From Geosiphon pyriformis uo1 (Eukaryota; Fungi; Glomeromycota), in contig JAAOMT010000269.1 in NCBI GenBank assembly GCA_016748015.1, positions 194,116 to 258,115 on the forward strand: 64,000 nt of DNA, given 5' to 3'. Each line of letters starts with the position of its first letter. The first letter of the stretch is position 1. Shown here one piece after another: positions 26,901 to 38,562 of this stretch. Below the pieces are notes generated by a model. The model did not search any database and was not told where the DNA came from. It saw only the letters and a list, made by a program, of their open reading frames with translations. The position numbers were made by a program, and so were the translations under genes.

Positions 26901-27705
26901 AGATCTGGTTTCAATAATTTTGCTTTGATAGTATTTTGATTTTACTTTATGAAGACCTTATATTACTATTTATCTATGGCCAAGAAGAAAAAACTATATA
27001 ACTCAAATTATTCTAGTGTATTATATATTTAATATAGACTAATTAAGGATTTTGATTATATATTTTTATGTATTTATAACAATTGTGCTAAAAAAAACCT
27101 AATCTTAAACACTATCTAAAAGTGTGTTGATTTGTTGAGTACTTATACTGTTAATTACAAGATAATTTAATCCTTGTATAAAGCAGAATTTTTTGGTTGC
27201 TTATATATATTATTGGCCAAAGACTTTATATTAGAAAAATGAATAATTGAGATAATATATTTATTGAGTGTTAAGTCTAATAGTAGTTTAATAATTATTG
27301 ATTTAGTTAGAGATTTTGCTAAAGATCATAAAACTGCTATTTGGTTGTTAGACATATATCTAAAAGCACATTATAAAAAACATAATCTTTTGTCTTATAA
27401 TAAGTTGGCTGTTCTATTTATTTCAGAATTGTTATTCTTATGAATTTTTAAGATAATTTGTAATTTTAATATTAGATTGAATATATATGTTTGTTTTGAA
27501 TTACACACTTTTTTAACTAGTTTGTATTTTGGTTTTATGTAGGATTTTCTTGTAATAAGTAAAATAAATATATAGTATTATCTTGATTAGTCTAAATTGT
27601 TAGTTATATGTAGAAAAAGCATAAACTATACTTAATCTAGAATTTTCTTTGATTATTTGTTTTTAGATAATAATTAAATTGTATTCATAAAACTTAATAA
27701 AAAAA
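20930..27705 (+). mobile_element. Full-length but heavily AT-eroded LINE copy B
   Basis: Residual motifs in order: ORF1 (KKSFALDINL, RTTAYDFG) ~21060-22891; APE (ATCN, METK, DGDFN) from ~22888; RT (GIPNK, IKPIALIK, FYDPL, AFINDI); RNase H (IELQII, FTDSQ, KIKSHS); 3' UTR 27572-27690 and A tail. Confidence 0.88.
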
Positions 27706-28520
27706 TATATATATATAAACATAAAATTTATTTTAAAATCTAATTTTAAATAATTTTAATTAGTTTAAATAATTAACTACATGTTATTAATAATATAATT
27801 TATGTTTAATATATAATAATTAATATAAATATTTAAAATATAATTTAATTACAATTTACAATTTTATGTTTAATAAAAGCAATTTGTATATTTTTTACTT
27901 ATATTTATTTATTTAAAATTATATTAAATTAAGGTTTAAAAATAATTTTTTATATTTGTTTTACTTATAAAATTATATTATTTTAAACTATTTTACTTAT
28001 TTAAAATTTAAAATTTTTTTATTAGATTTTATATTAAAGTTAAACAAATTTTCTAAAATTATTAAGTAATTAAATATATTATTATTTACAAAAATTTAAT
28101 TTTATTGTTTATATTATTATTATTATTTAAAAAATATTTTTATGTATTTTTTAATTTTAACAAAATTTTAAACATATTTGTTATTAATATATTAAAATTT
28201 TGAATTTGGTTTTTAGTTTTGTATTAAACTTATTTTTAATAATTATAATAATATAATCTGTCCTAGTAAAAAATTAATAAAATTTATTATTATTAAATAA
28301 ATAAATTTTTGGGATTTAAAGTTTCAAAAATTCAAAAATTCAATTTGAAATTATTTATTTATATAAATATTTTAAAATATAAAAAACCATTTCTCAAAAA
28401 TGGTAGATTTGAAATAAATGATTTTTAGTTAAAAAAGCTAACCTGTTTTATTTTACAACTTTATATTTGAATTAATTCTTCTAATATAACATTCCCGTAA
28501 CACTCTTATAAATATTTTTT

Positions 28521-29382
28521 CTAAAGTACCTTATAAAACTTTTCCCTTATAACTCTATTTCCAATCCCACCAATCCCAAATGCTGGTCCAATGCGTGCGA
28601 TCCTAGCCAATGATGATTTCCAATATTCTCTTTTAACAAACCTTGCTCTACTTAAAAGCCTTGTTTGGGGTCTATTATACAAATCTAATCCCATTAAATG
28701 TAAAGGTGTACTGAGAAATTGCAAAACGGCAGGACAAATCAATTGCGAAATATTTTTTGCCATTTCCTCATTTGCTGTCCAACCTCGGTCCAAAAAAGAG
28801 TTCGCCATCAAGGCAGGCATATTAAAACTGGCCATTATGGTTAAAGAATCACGTGTTGCAAATAAAGCATATGTCCCAAGTGGTAAGGGTCTTGGGGCCG
28901 CTATACCGAACATTCTTGTAAATTGACGATCTTTAAAGATACATGTCACGATGTTTACTAAACTTGTTCCAAAAAATTTTGGGTATTGATTTGGAAATCT
29001 GTTCTGTTTACAGACTGTGTCGATTGTGTTTGCCGTGGTATAAGTTGAAGAATAGACGAAAAAAATTAATCTGAATGGGCGGGAAGAGATAAAAATGTGC
29101 GGTGATTTTATCAAAGAAAAAATTCCAGTTTTGATAGAAACTATTAGCGGGTTACGTCCACTGGCATTTTCCATTATTGCTCTGATGATTCATGATGGTA
29201 AAAAAATTTTAAATTAGAAATGATTTTGAATTCAAAATGCACTCAATATACCTGTCAACAATAGTAATAAATGGTGAAATACTAAAAGCAGCCGTTAGAG
29301 CCGCCAAAAAATCAACCCCTAATCTTTTTGTTAACGCAGCTAAGTTGCCGATCTCCTCTTCGTGAAATTCTTCATTTTCCAT
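28521..29382 (-). CDS. Conserved fungal uncharacterised membrane protein, 263 aa, 2 exons (29382-29252, 29181-28521); resembles the S. pombe SPBC365.16-like family
   Basis: Exon 1 MENEEF...LGVDFLAALTAAFSISPFITIVDR, 70-bp GT..AG intron 29251-29182, then AIMENASG...TYTTAN...YALFATRDSLTIMASFN...STPLHLMGLDLYNR...ARIARIGPAFGIGGIGN; frame intact. Family name recalled from motifs, not searched. Confidence 0.88.
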
Positions 29383-31026
29383 AGATTTTCGCTAAGATTA
29401 AATTTTAAATATCGCAATTTTATGAAGGTTTTCCTTCCTAAGAAACGGATTATTTATATTATTGATTCGGATACTATTAATAGTAACACAATTGGTTTTG
29501 TACCCTGGGAGATTTTTTTTCAATTATAAGCCCCATAATTAGTATATGAACCAATCAAATTGTATCAACCAAAACGACTAATCCTTTAATCCTTTCGTCA
29601 TCATTCCCCTACAGAAATTTTTTTTACTCTAACCGATTATACGGTAAGTTACCATGTTCTAGTTTCTGGATAAAAGCATATTATTAAATTTTAAAGAGTG
29701 AAAGGATGAATAAATGAAAGACTCTTCTTTCCCCATCTTATCGACCATGGTGATTCCTATGCTGCTCCTCTCGATAAGGAGTAAATACTAGCCAGTATCC
29801 CTAAGATAAATATTACTACATAGTTGTTTAATTCAAAAAACAATACGCGATTAGTTTAAGACAATCAAAAAATTTAAATAACATCAATCATATTAACTCG
29901 ACTTTCCTTGAAAATAGCCAGGTCTATCACTCGAGTTCCTCGCCCCCATATTGTAAGTGCATTTATAATCTTGAAACTATTGATAACATATCGATCTACA
30001 TAAGCCCTTATTGGTTTGAGTGTGTATGATGAATATATCGTTAATTCGCAGTTTCCACCGAAAGGATTAAGTTCCTCGTGATGGTTAACAATCTTCCTTG
30101 GATGTCTGACTTTGGCTTCTACCTACACTATCAAATTGTTTTTGTGAAAACCTCTTTTCACTAACAAGTTCTCTTACCTATTCAATTTTTATATCATCGT
30201 TCGTCGTGTTCTTTTACCATATGACGCCCTTAATGAATTCATTTTCGCATAAAGAGGTGAGATGAATTTTATTCGTGTACTGTCAGTGGTCGTGCTGATG
30301 GGTGTTGACGTTGTCACTTTCCCACTATGTTAGTTGCGCGGGTGGTGTCATTGGTTATTCGCTGGTAGCATCTATGACGTTGCTCATTATTCTGGTGGGA
30401 TTAGATCAGGATTTATTATTCTTTTGTCTTAACAGAATTTTATATATTGGGGCAAACAGCAGCGTAACTGGGCTTAGACAGTATTTGGAAGAATTTGTAT
30501 TTTTCACTCACGAGATAGCAGACGTTAATATGTATAAAAAAATGTTATTAATAAAATAAAGGTATTTAATTTAACAAAAAAATTTTATTGTTTAATGTTT
30601 TAATAAAGATCAAAGCTTTTTAATAATTTGTTTTATAAAAACTAGAATTATTTTAAAATATAAATAAAATATGTTTTTGGTTATATTTTAAAATGTTGAT
30701 TAATAAATAAGTTTTAAGTGATTTATTTTGTTTTAATTTTTTTTCTGTTTTTATCGTTTTATAAGTATTAAATAATAATTATAATATATATAGCATATAA
30801 TTAATTACTTTAACCTAAATATAAACAATAATAAATTTACTTAATTACAATCTAATAGTTTTTTTATTATTCTTAATTCGAACTTTTTATAAGTTTTAAA
30901 AAATCAGCACCAAATTTATTCTTAAATTTAATAAAATTTTTAAATATATTAACAACCAAATTACCAACTTTTTCAATTTGTTTTTTCAAAAAAACATTTA
31001 AAAAAAAAATTTTTTTTCATATTTTT

Positions 31027-31345
31027 ATAATTATAACTAGAACAAAAAATAAAAAATTTTATTTTTTTATTTTTTAAAGTATTTGGTAATATTTTTATTA
31101 ATAAAACACTTTTAACTGTTAAAACTACTTTATAAAAATGTTTTTTTTATATAAATAGTTATTAATTAGTTTTTTACTAATTTTAAAACATTATTTTTGG
31201 TTTTAAGTAAAAGTTTTTCTTTATTTAAAATTCTATTTAAGCAATTAATTAAAACCAGTCTTAATATAATTATTATTATTATTATTACAAAAAATTCTAA
31301 ATCTTTTAACAATAAACTAATTATTAAGTTACTTTTTTTATATTA
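31027..31345 (+). mobile_element. AT-eroded ghost of the ORF1-only element 5' coding region
   Basis: ataattataactagaacaaaaaataaaaaa vs ataattacaaccagagcaaagagtaaaaaa (9871); aaaaattctaaatcttttaacaataaactaattattaagttactttt vs aagagcccaaaagtttttaataatagaccagtaaataagctggtttt (10139). Confidence 0.7.
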
Positions 31346-31389
31346 GCTTAAATTATTATTAGAAGTTTTTTTATTCTTTTCTTAATGTT

Positions 31390-31700
31390 GTTAATACTGT
31401 TTTATTGTTAATTTTGCTGTTAATAAAAGTTAGTAAATTTTTAATAAGCTAATTTTTTTTTTAAAGTATCTTTATATACTTTAAATTATGTATACTATTG
31501 GGTTTATAATAGAATAGCCAATTCTATACTAATTACTTATATAGTTATTTTGTAATAAAAATTAATTTTTTTACAAAAAAATCTTGTTGTAAGCTTTTCA
31601 CAAATATATGTAGTTACTTTGCTGTAAAAGTTAACTTTTCTATAAAAAATTTTGATTATAAACTACCCAAAAAAATAAATTAAAATAAAAATAAAAAAAT
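31390..31700 (+). repeat. Unclassified ~300-bp dispersed repeat, copy 2
   Basis: Homologous to 3405-3705; ends in an A-rich tail. Confidence 0.7.
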
Positions 31701-31839
31701 ATATCAAGAAAATTATTTTAAATTTAGACCTAAAAGTTACTAATAGTTTATTAAAATTGGTAGTAAATTAATTTTAAACTATTAGTATAAAATGATTAAT
31801 TTTAAACAAAATAATTAAAAATTTTGTTTTTTAAAATAA

Positions 31840-32060
31840 GTTTTATTTTATTTTATTTTTTTACAAGTAAATTCCAATCACTATCTAATATACAGAACCA
31901 GATTAAGTAATTTAAACTAAATACAATTTATGTACTTACTATACATAACTAGTTACTCAGATTAGACAAAGCAATACTATACACTTATATAAATATTAAC
32001 AATGCTATCTAATTCAAAAAAAAAGGAACATGGTATATGTCTATTAAAACTAACAGATAA
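31840..32060 (-). mobile_element. Short eroded LINE 3' end
   Basis: Reverse complement reads ...ataagtgta TAG tattgctttgtctaatctgagtaactagttatgtatagtaagtacat...ttagatagtgattggaatttacttgt, then A tail. Confidence 0.8.
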
Positions 32061-34248
32061 GTTTTATTGAAATTAATTTTGTAAGAAAAATAATTCTAGC
32101 TAAGATATTTAGCAGAAGATTAATTCTAAATAAAATATATTTTTTCGAAAATTTTTTTTTTCTTTTATATAATTTATTGTAATATTATTTTATAATCTAG
32201 TACTTTTTTTTTAATTTTTTAGTAAACTAAAGATATATTTTATCATATTATAAGTTATTTTTACAAACTATAGATTATTTTGGTAAACTATTAAATATTT
32301 TGTTAAATTACTAAATATTTTGACAAATTTTAAATATTATATAGTTTGATATATTATATGATCTGATTATTGTAATTTGGTTATATTTGTGTTTTGTACA
32401 AATTAAATAATAATTTGAATAATTTAATAAAATAATAAGTAATAAATTAAAATAATATTATATATTAATTAATAATAAGAATTATAAAGATAATTTTATG
32501 TTAATTAATATTTTAAATTTTAGTTGATAACAAAATAAACAAAAAAAATTAGAAAAATAAAAAAGCAACTTTTTTTGATATTTTTTAAAATACTATTTAG
32601 TTTTTAAAACTATCTTTTTTTTTAAATAAAGCTTTATTTTTTTTTGTTTTTTATTAATTTTATATTATTTGTATTAATTATAGTATTTAATTTTATTATA
32701 ATTATAAATAAAAATAAGTTTTTTATTTTAAATAATAAAAATAAAAACACATTAATTAATTTTGGTCTAAATTAATTTTTGGTTATATTGTTTAATATAT
32801 TAGTTTTTAGCCAATTATTATTGGTTTTAAAAGCAAAACAAATTATATTTTTACATATTTTTAATAATATTTAAAAAATTGTTAATTGTTAAAAGTTTTT
32901 TAAGTAAATAATCTTTATTTTAATGTTTAATATTTCTTTTAAAATTAAATTGGTTTTTATTAAGACTATTTTTTTATTTATATATAATTTTATTAATATA
33001 AAATTAGTATTTATAAACAATATAAAACTGTTTTATATAAGATTTGTTTTTATATACTATTTTTTAAATTAAACTTACTGGCTTTATTTATTTATTTATT
33101 TATTTTTTATTTTTAAGTTAATAAAATAAATTAAAATTAAAAATAATTTAATTAATAATAATAAAATTATATTATTTATATTATATTTTTATATTTATAT
33201 AATTATTATAATGTTTAATATAATAGCAAAGAAATTAAAATTTAAAAAAAATTAATATTTTATTATATAATTAATATTTTATCATAAAAAAATATATATT
33301 TTTTTTAATTAACAAAAAAATAATTTTAATATTATTTTTTATTATTAAAATTAATTAATAAACAAAAACAGTATTACTAATTTTAAAAAACTTTATTTTA
33401 TATAATAATATATTATTATAAAAAAACAAATTTTAACTTAATATTTATAATTTTACCAAAAATACTTAAAAAAATATAATATAAAATTACAATAACAAAA
33501 ACAAAAGTAAATACAAAAATTACAAAAAACTTTATAATTTTAAAAGTAAAAAAAAATATAATTTAGCAAGTTTAATTTATAAAACAATATTTAAAAAAGT
33601 CTAAAATATAAATTTTATATAAAAAAGTCTAATATTGTTTTTAATAATTGATTTTAAACCAAAAAAAAACTATATAAAAATTAAAATACAGTCTTAAAAG
33701 CTATTTAAATTTTTATAGTTTATTAAATATTAAGTAAATGTTATTCCAAAAAACTTTTAATAATTTGTAAAAGTTTTTAAACATTATTAAAAATTTTAAA
33801 TTTGTATTATATTTAAAAAAAAAATTTAAATTTTAAAATTTTCAAGTAATTTATTAAAATATTATAAATAATAAACGTTTTGTTTTATGCATAAAAAAAT
33901 ATTTTATTAATTGTTTATTAATTTACAATAAAATAATTTAAACTATATTAAAATCAAATTTTTTCTATTTAATTTGTTTTTATTATTTTATTTTTCGGGG
34001 GGTTTTTTTTAAGCAAATTAGATACTTTCTCAAAAACTGTTACACTTTAAACTAATGGTTGTTAACTTTAATTAAGCAAAAATCTTCATTTTTTAAGACA
34101 TACAAGCTGCTTTTGGTTACCAAAACAACATTTTATTATTTTTATTCAAAGATAATAGACAAATTTTTATTAAATAATTAAATAACTTTAAAAGAGCTGT
34201 GACAATCAATTAATACAACAATAAATACAAGTTCCCAATTGTTGGTGG

Positions 34249-35003
34249 CAAGATTATGCTGCATGATATGGTTCTATTTCCGGACTGAAAGTCCCCATCT
34301 ACTTGGGAATAGTGAGGATGTTAAACGTTTATTAAATAAAGGTAATGTAAAGAGATTTGGAGACTACTTTTGATTTTGAGTTTCAAAAGCCATGACAATG
34401 AATATTATATGTATCTTTGGTATGATTTATTAAGGCTGCAATTTGTGATTCAAATCCAGTGTTTTTCTTGAAAATGAACTCCAATATGGATTTTCATTTC
34501 CTTTCTCTGCTGAAAACTTATAATCAGAATTTTTAGTAAAAATTGGCAAAGCAAAAATAATTTGAGAAGTGAAAGATATTACCCTTGCTGGTCATTCTCG
34601 TGCAGAGAAACTGCAAGCAGAAGAGGGAGTTTCAGCAGAGATTATTAATGTGTACAATTCGACCAATCAACATTGAAACAATAGTCGTGTCAGTAAAAAA
34701 AAGACAAATCATTTAGTAACTGTTAAAGACGGCTTTCCCCAATTTGGTGATGGAAGCGAGATTTGTGCGCAAATTATAGAATCAGAAGCATTCAATTTTT
34801 TAAATCCACCTGTTGAACGAATCACTGGTGCTGGTAAATATTATCCATCAAATGGATGTTTTTCCTCTTGGGACGGGATACTAATTCGAGTGCAAATTTT
34901 AGACATCCCAACACCTTATACATTCAATTTAGAAGAGCGTGCATTTCCTACTTTCGATGTAATTGTAAAAGTGGCAAAACGTGTTTTATATTGAAAAAGT
35001 TAA
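34249..35003 (+). pseudogene. PDB1: Pyruvate dehydrogenase E1 beta subunit pseudogene, 5'-truncated, two introns retained
   Basis: QDYAA*YGSISGLKV..NSEDVK / AAICDSNPV..LENELQYG...[84 protein letters not shown] / DIPTPY..NLEERAFP; stops and frameshifts; introns ~34342-34434 and ~34834-34902. Confidence 0.93.
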
Positions 35004-35895
35004 GATTTATTGAAAGGTGATGACAGATTCAATTCTTGGAGGCTTCTCCAGTTCACGATACCTTAAAAAATGTGCGTTAGAACGACAATCACAAATTTTG
35101 ATAATTTTAATTGTGCCTAAACAGCAAGAATTTCTAAAATTTAGAAAGTTTCAAAAGCACTATTATATCCGATAAAAGAAGATTCTAATTTAATAAAGTA
35201 ACAATAAATATTTTATATATTTCTTATTAAATTTTTGATTAAAAAAGGTTTTACCTGTATTTTTATATATAAAACAATATTTTATAAGAGTGATTTTATT
35301 TTTATTAAACGATTAAAAAATATGTATATATAAATATTATATTCACATGAGGTTTAAAATAAAAATATTATAATTAAAATCAAAATCATTTTTTGTATAA
35401 AAATTATCTATAGACTTAATTTTATGTTAAAAACTATATTTTAAGACACCTATTAACAAAGTTTCTTAAATAATAAGCCTATATAATTTAAATTTTTAAA
35501 AGACAATAATTTATGTAAATTTGAAAATTTTTTGCATGACTTGAATAAAAAATAATAAAATTTGCGATTTTCTTTGAACCTTGAAATTTCAATGTTTTTT
35601 AAGTCCATATCTGAACTGGTTTTTTATTATTTTTCAAAATCTAACTATTACTAATTAAAAACTCTGTTAATCAAAAAATATGTCATCGAAAACAAAAGCA
35701 AAGCTAAAAAGATAATTTACGAAGGCCGAGAAATTTTAAACTATATATATAAAAGGTGTGACATAAAAAATAGATTATCTTAAGAATGTTAACTGCTAGT
35801 AAGACAAAAAAAACGGATCACAGTATTAAAAAATATCTTTAGTCTAAAAATCTAAAGTTTGGATTTGAAGTCTATCCATTAATTCCAGTCCCACT

Positions 35896-36297
35896 TTACA
35901 AAACCCTACTCTTTGAGTTTTTATTCCACGAAGGCCAATTATTGTTACCATTTGAATCACCATTAAAGCTACCGAAATTATTATTTCCATTGGCATTGCC
36001 ATTGTAAGAGCCAAAATTGAAATTACCATTGCTGTTACCATTAAAGTCCCCAAAGTTGTTGTTTCCATTTGAATTGCCATTATTTGAACCGAAGTTAAAG
36101 TTTCCATTGTTGTTGCCATTGAAGTCTCCAGAATTGTTGTTACCATTGTTATTTCCGTTATTGTCTCCGATATTTCCATTACCATTGCCATTACCGTTGA
36201 AGGAACGTCGCTCTAGAATTGGACCAGCCGATACGAATACTAATGAGATTAGAGTAATCCAAATTAAAACTGACAAATATGCAAAATTTTTTGCCAT
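35896..36297 (-). CDS. Small secreted Asn/Gly-rich protein with seven 13-aa repeats (133 aa)
   Basis: ATG preceded by gaa, hydrophobic signal peptide ending VSA-G, short propeptide ending in dibasic RR, then 7 x [FNY]NGNxNGNxNxGx with varied synonymous codons; intact ORF. Confidence 0.88.
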   Translation of the reverse strand: MAKNFAYLSVLIWITLISLVFVSAGPILERRSFNGNGNGNGNIGDNNGNNNGNNNSGDFNGNNNGNFNFGSNNGNSNGNNNFGDFNGNSNGNFNFGSYNGNANGNNNFGSFNGDSNGNNNWPSWNKNSKSRVL

Positions 36298-36884
36298 TTC
36301 TTTTATTATGTGAGAAAAATGGTATGTTTTAATTTTTCTAGATGATTATGAAAAATGTGGAATGATTTTGATGAAGGGAAGAAAAGTCGTGAAGAAAAGT
36401 GTTATTTTATAACAATTTGACGCAATTATATGTGATATTAAAAATATTGTTAGGGTTCAATATTACGAAATTAAAAACAAATTTCTGGTTCCGGCTGAAC
36501 TTTTGTATTTCAGCGTGACTGTTTCTCAAACCTGTTTTACAAAATAATCTTGTAGCTTCCAGTCAAAGACATACACACAAAAAGATAATATGTGAAGGCT
36601 TTCAGTCGGCGGTGTTATTAAATTTTTATCATTTTGGCCTCCTAAGAACCTTCAAAACTTTGAACCTGAACCTCATCTGGGATTTCATCCTACATTTTTT
36701 GGTCAAAATTCGCGGATCAAATTCAACCTTTTGTCTTGTTATAAACATAAAATGCGATGCAGGTCTGAACTGGAAATAAAATTATTATTATTATTATTAT
36801 TTTTTTCTTTCTTTTTTCAAAATATGGTTTGTGTCTTTTGCCTTTTTGTAACAATTGTAAAGGTGGCAAAGCTTCAATGGGCTA

Positions 36885-37119
36885 TTTTTTGAGATATACT
36901 CAGATGTGTGAGCTCGTTTTTTTGAGATATACTCAGATGTGTGAGCTCGTTTATTCTAGATATTTCAATCGCCCTTTTCCAATTACTAATCCAGTTTAGC
37001 TTTTTAATTGAAAATTTCCTGAAATTATTGTTTTTTATCTGGTTAAGCCTCAAATCAATTAACCAAGTTTTGTAGTTCTGCCTCAAACCAATTAACCAAG
37101 TTTTGTAGTTCTGCCTCAA
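36885..37119. repeat. Two unrelated 33-bp tandem duplications
   Basis: gagatatactcagatgtgtgagctcg at 36891 and 36924; aaccaagttttgtagttctgcctcaaa at 37061 and 37094. Confidence 0.95.
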
Positions 37120-37387
37120 AAATGCAAGAAGTTAATATATTATTTGTGTATCCTCTTGAGAGTTCCATAAATTTTAGATTAGTCCAAGTATATTTACTAT
37201 TTTTCGAATTGAAATTTTCTTGTAATGGCCTTAAAGATCGGTTTACTGAATATGGTTTGAAATCAAACAAAAATAATCAATTAACAAATGATAGAAATCT
37301 ATACGGCAATAACAAAACATTATAATTTAGCTAGATTTGAAATAAAAGAAATGTAAATATTAGCCAAAAAAATTTTGATAACAATAG

Positions 37388-37750
37388 TTTTTTTTTTTTT
37401 TATCCTTTAACAAAGTGTAGCCCAATTATTATCTAATACAATATGACAGAGAACTATTCTAAATTAAATGTAATTAATACATTTTCTACATATGACTAAC
37501 AACCCAAGCCAGTCAAGACTAAACTAAGTTAAATCTACAAAAACAAACTTATTTAAAACAGTTATTTTTTGCATAATAATAACCAAGCTATTATTACCAA
37601 ATACCAAACCAGCTAATTTTACAACAATTTTATTTGTATTAAATTTAATATTAAAAATCTATAGTCTTTAAAGTATTATTATTTTTAATAAAATTTTTTT
37701 CATTAACAAAAAATTTTGAATTAACATTAAACCATATTATTATTAAACAA
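37388..37750 (-). mobile_element. 3' fragment of a second ORF1-only element (ORF1 C-terminus, family 3' UTR, poly-A)
   Basis: Minus strand AGLVFGNNSLVIIMQKITVLNKFVFVDLT* (TAG 37524-37526) aligns with VGLVSCSATLFFVIQKISSLGKFSSGTST* (11997), followed by the 3' UTR and poly(A) at 37401-37388. Confidence 0.8.
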
Positions 37751-37785
<35 letters not shown>

Positions 37786-38522
37786 CAAGTAAAAATTAAA
37801 TCAATAAATAGCATAAAATTACTCTTATAATTTTTATTATTTAATTAATATATAATATTATTTTTAATTTATTACTTATTATTTGATTAAATTATTAAAT
37901 ATTATTATTTAAATAATAATTTAATTTGTATTATACACAAATATAATTAAATATAATAATTAAATAATGTAATATTTTAAATTATATAACATTTAAAAAT
38001 TTGTTAAATTATTTAATAATTCACTGAAATACTTGAAATATATATTTAATTTATTAAAATATTAATAAAAAAAATGATAAAATTCAAAATAATAATAATA
38101 ATAATTTGTATAAAAAAAAGCTTTTTTCTTTAAAAAAATATATTTTACCAAAAATTAAACATGTTAATTACAATTAAATACTGCTTTAAAATTTACAAAA
38201 TTTAATTAATATTTTAAAATTAATTAATTACTAATTTTAATTATTTTAAATTTAAACAACAAAGTAATTACTTATTATTAAAAAATTTATAGTTGAAAAT
38301 TCCAATAGAAAAATTAATTTTTATAGTAAAAATAACTATATAAAATAATTAATATAAAATAAATTATTTTATTATAAGTTTTATAATATAAATAATTTAA
38401 AATATAAAAAAATATTTTAAAAATAAATTAATTTAACAAAAATTTAATAATTTTTATTAACAATAAAATTAATAATAATTAACATTAAAAAAAAAATAAA
38501 AAAGTTTTAATAAAATTATTTA

Positions 38523-38524
<2 letters not shown>

Positions 38525-38562
<38 letters not shown>

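Noticed and set aside
35844-36313. Overlapping ORFs 35844-36191 (-) and 36017-36313 (+)
   Set aside because: Shadow frames of the Asn/Gly repeat gene; only the 35896-36297 frame has a signal peptide and dibasic processing site.
36885-37119. CRISPR-like 33-bp repeats
   Set aside because: Units are directly adjacent with no spacers, only two each, in eukaryotic context with no cas genes.
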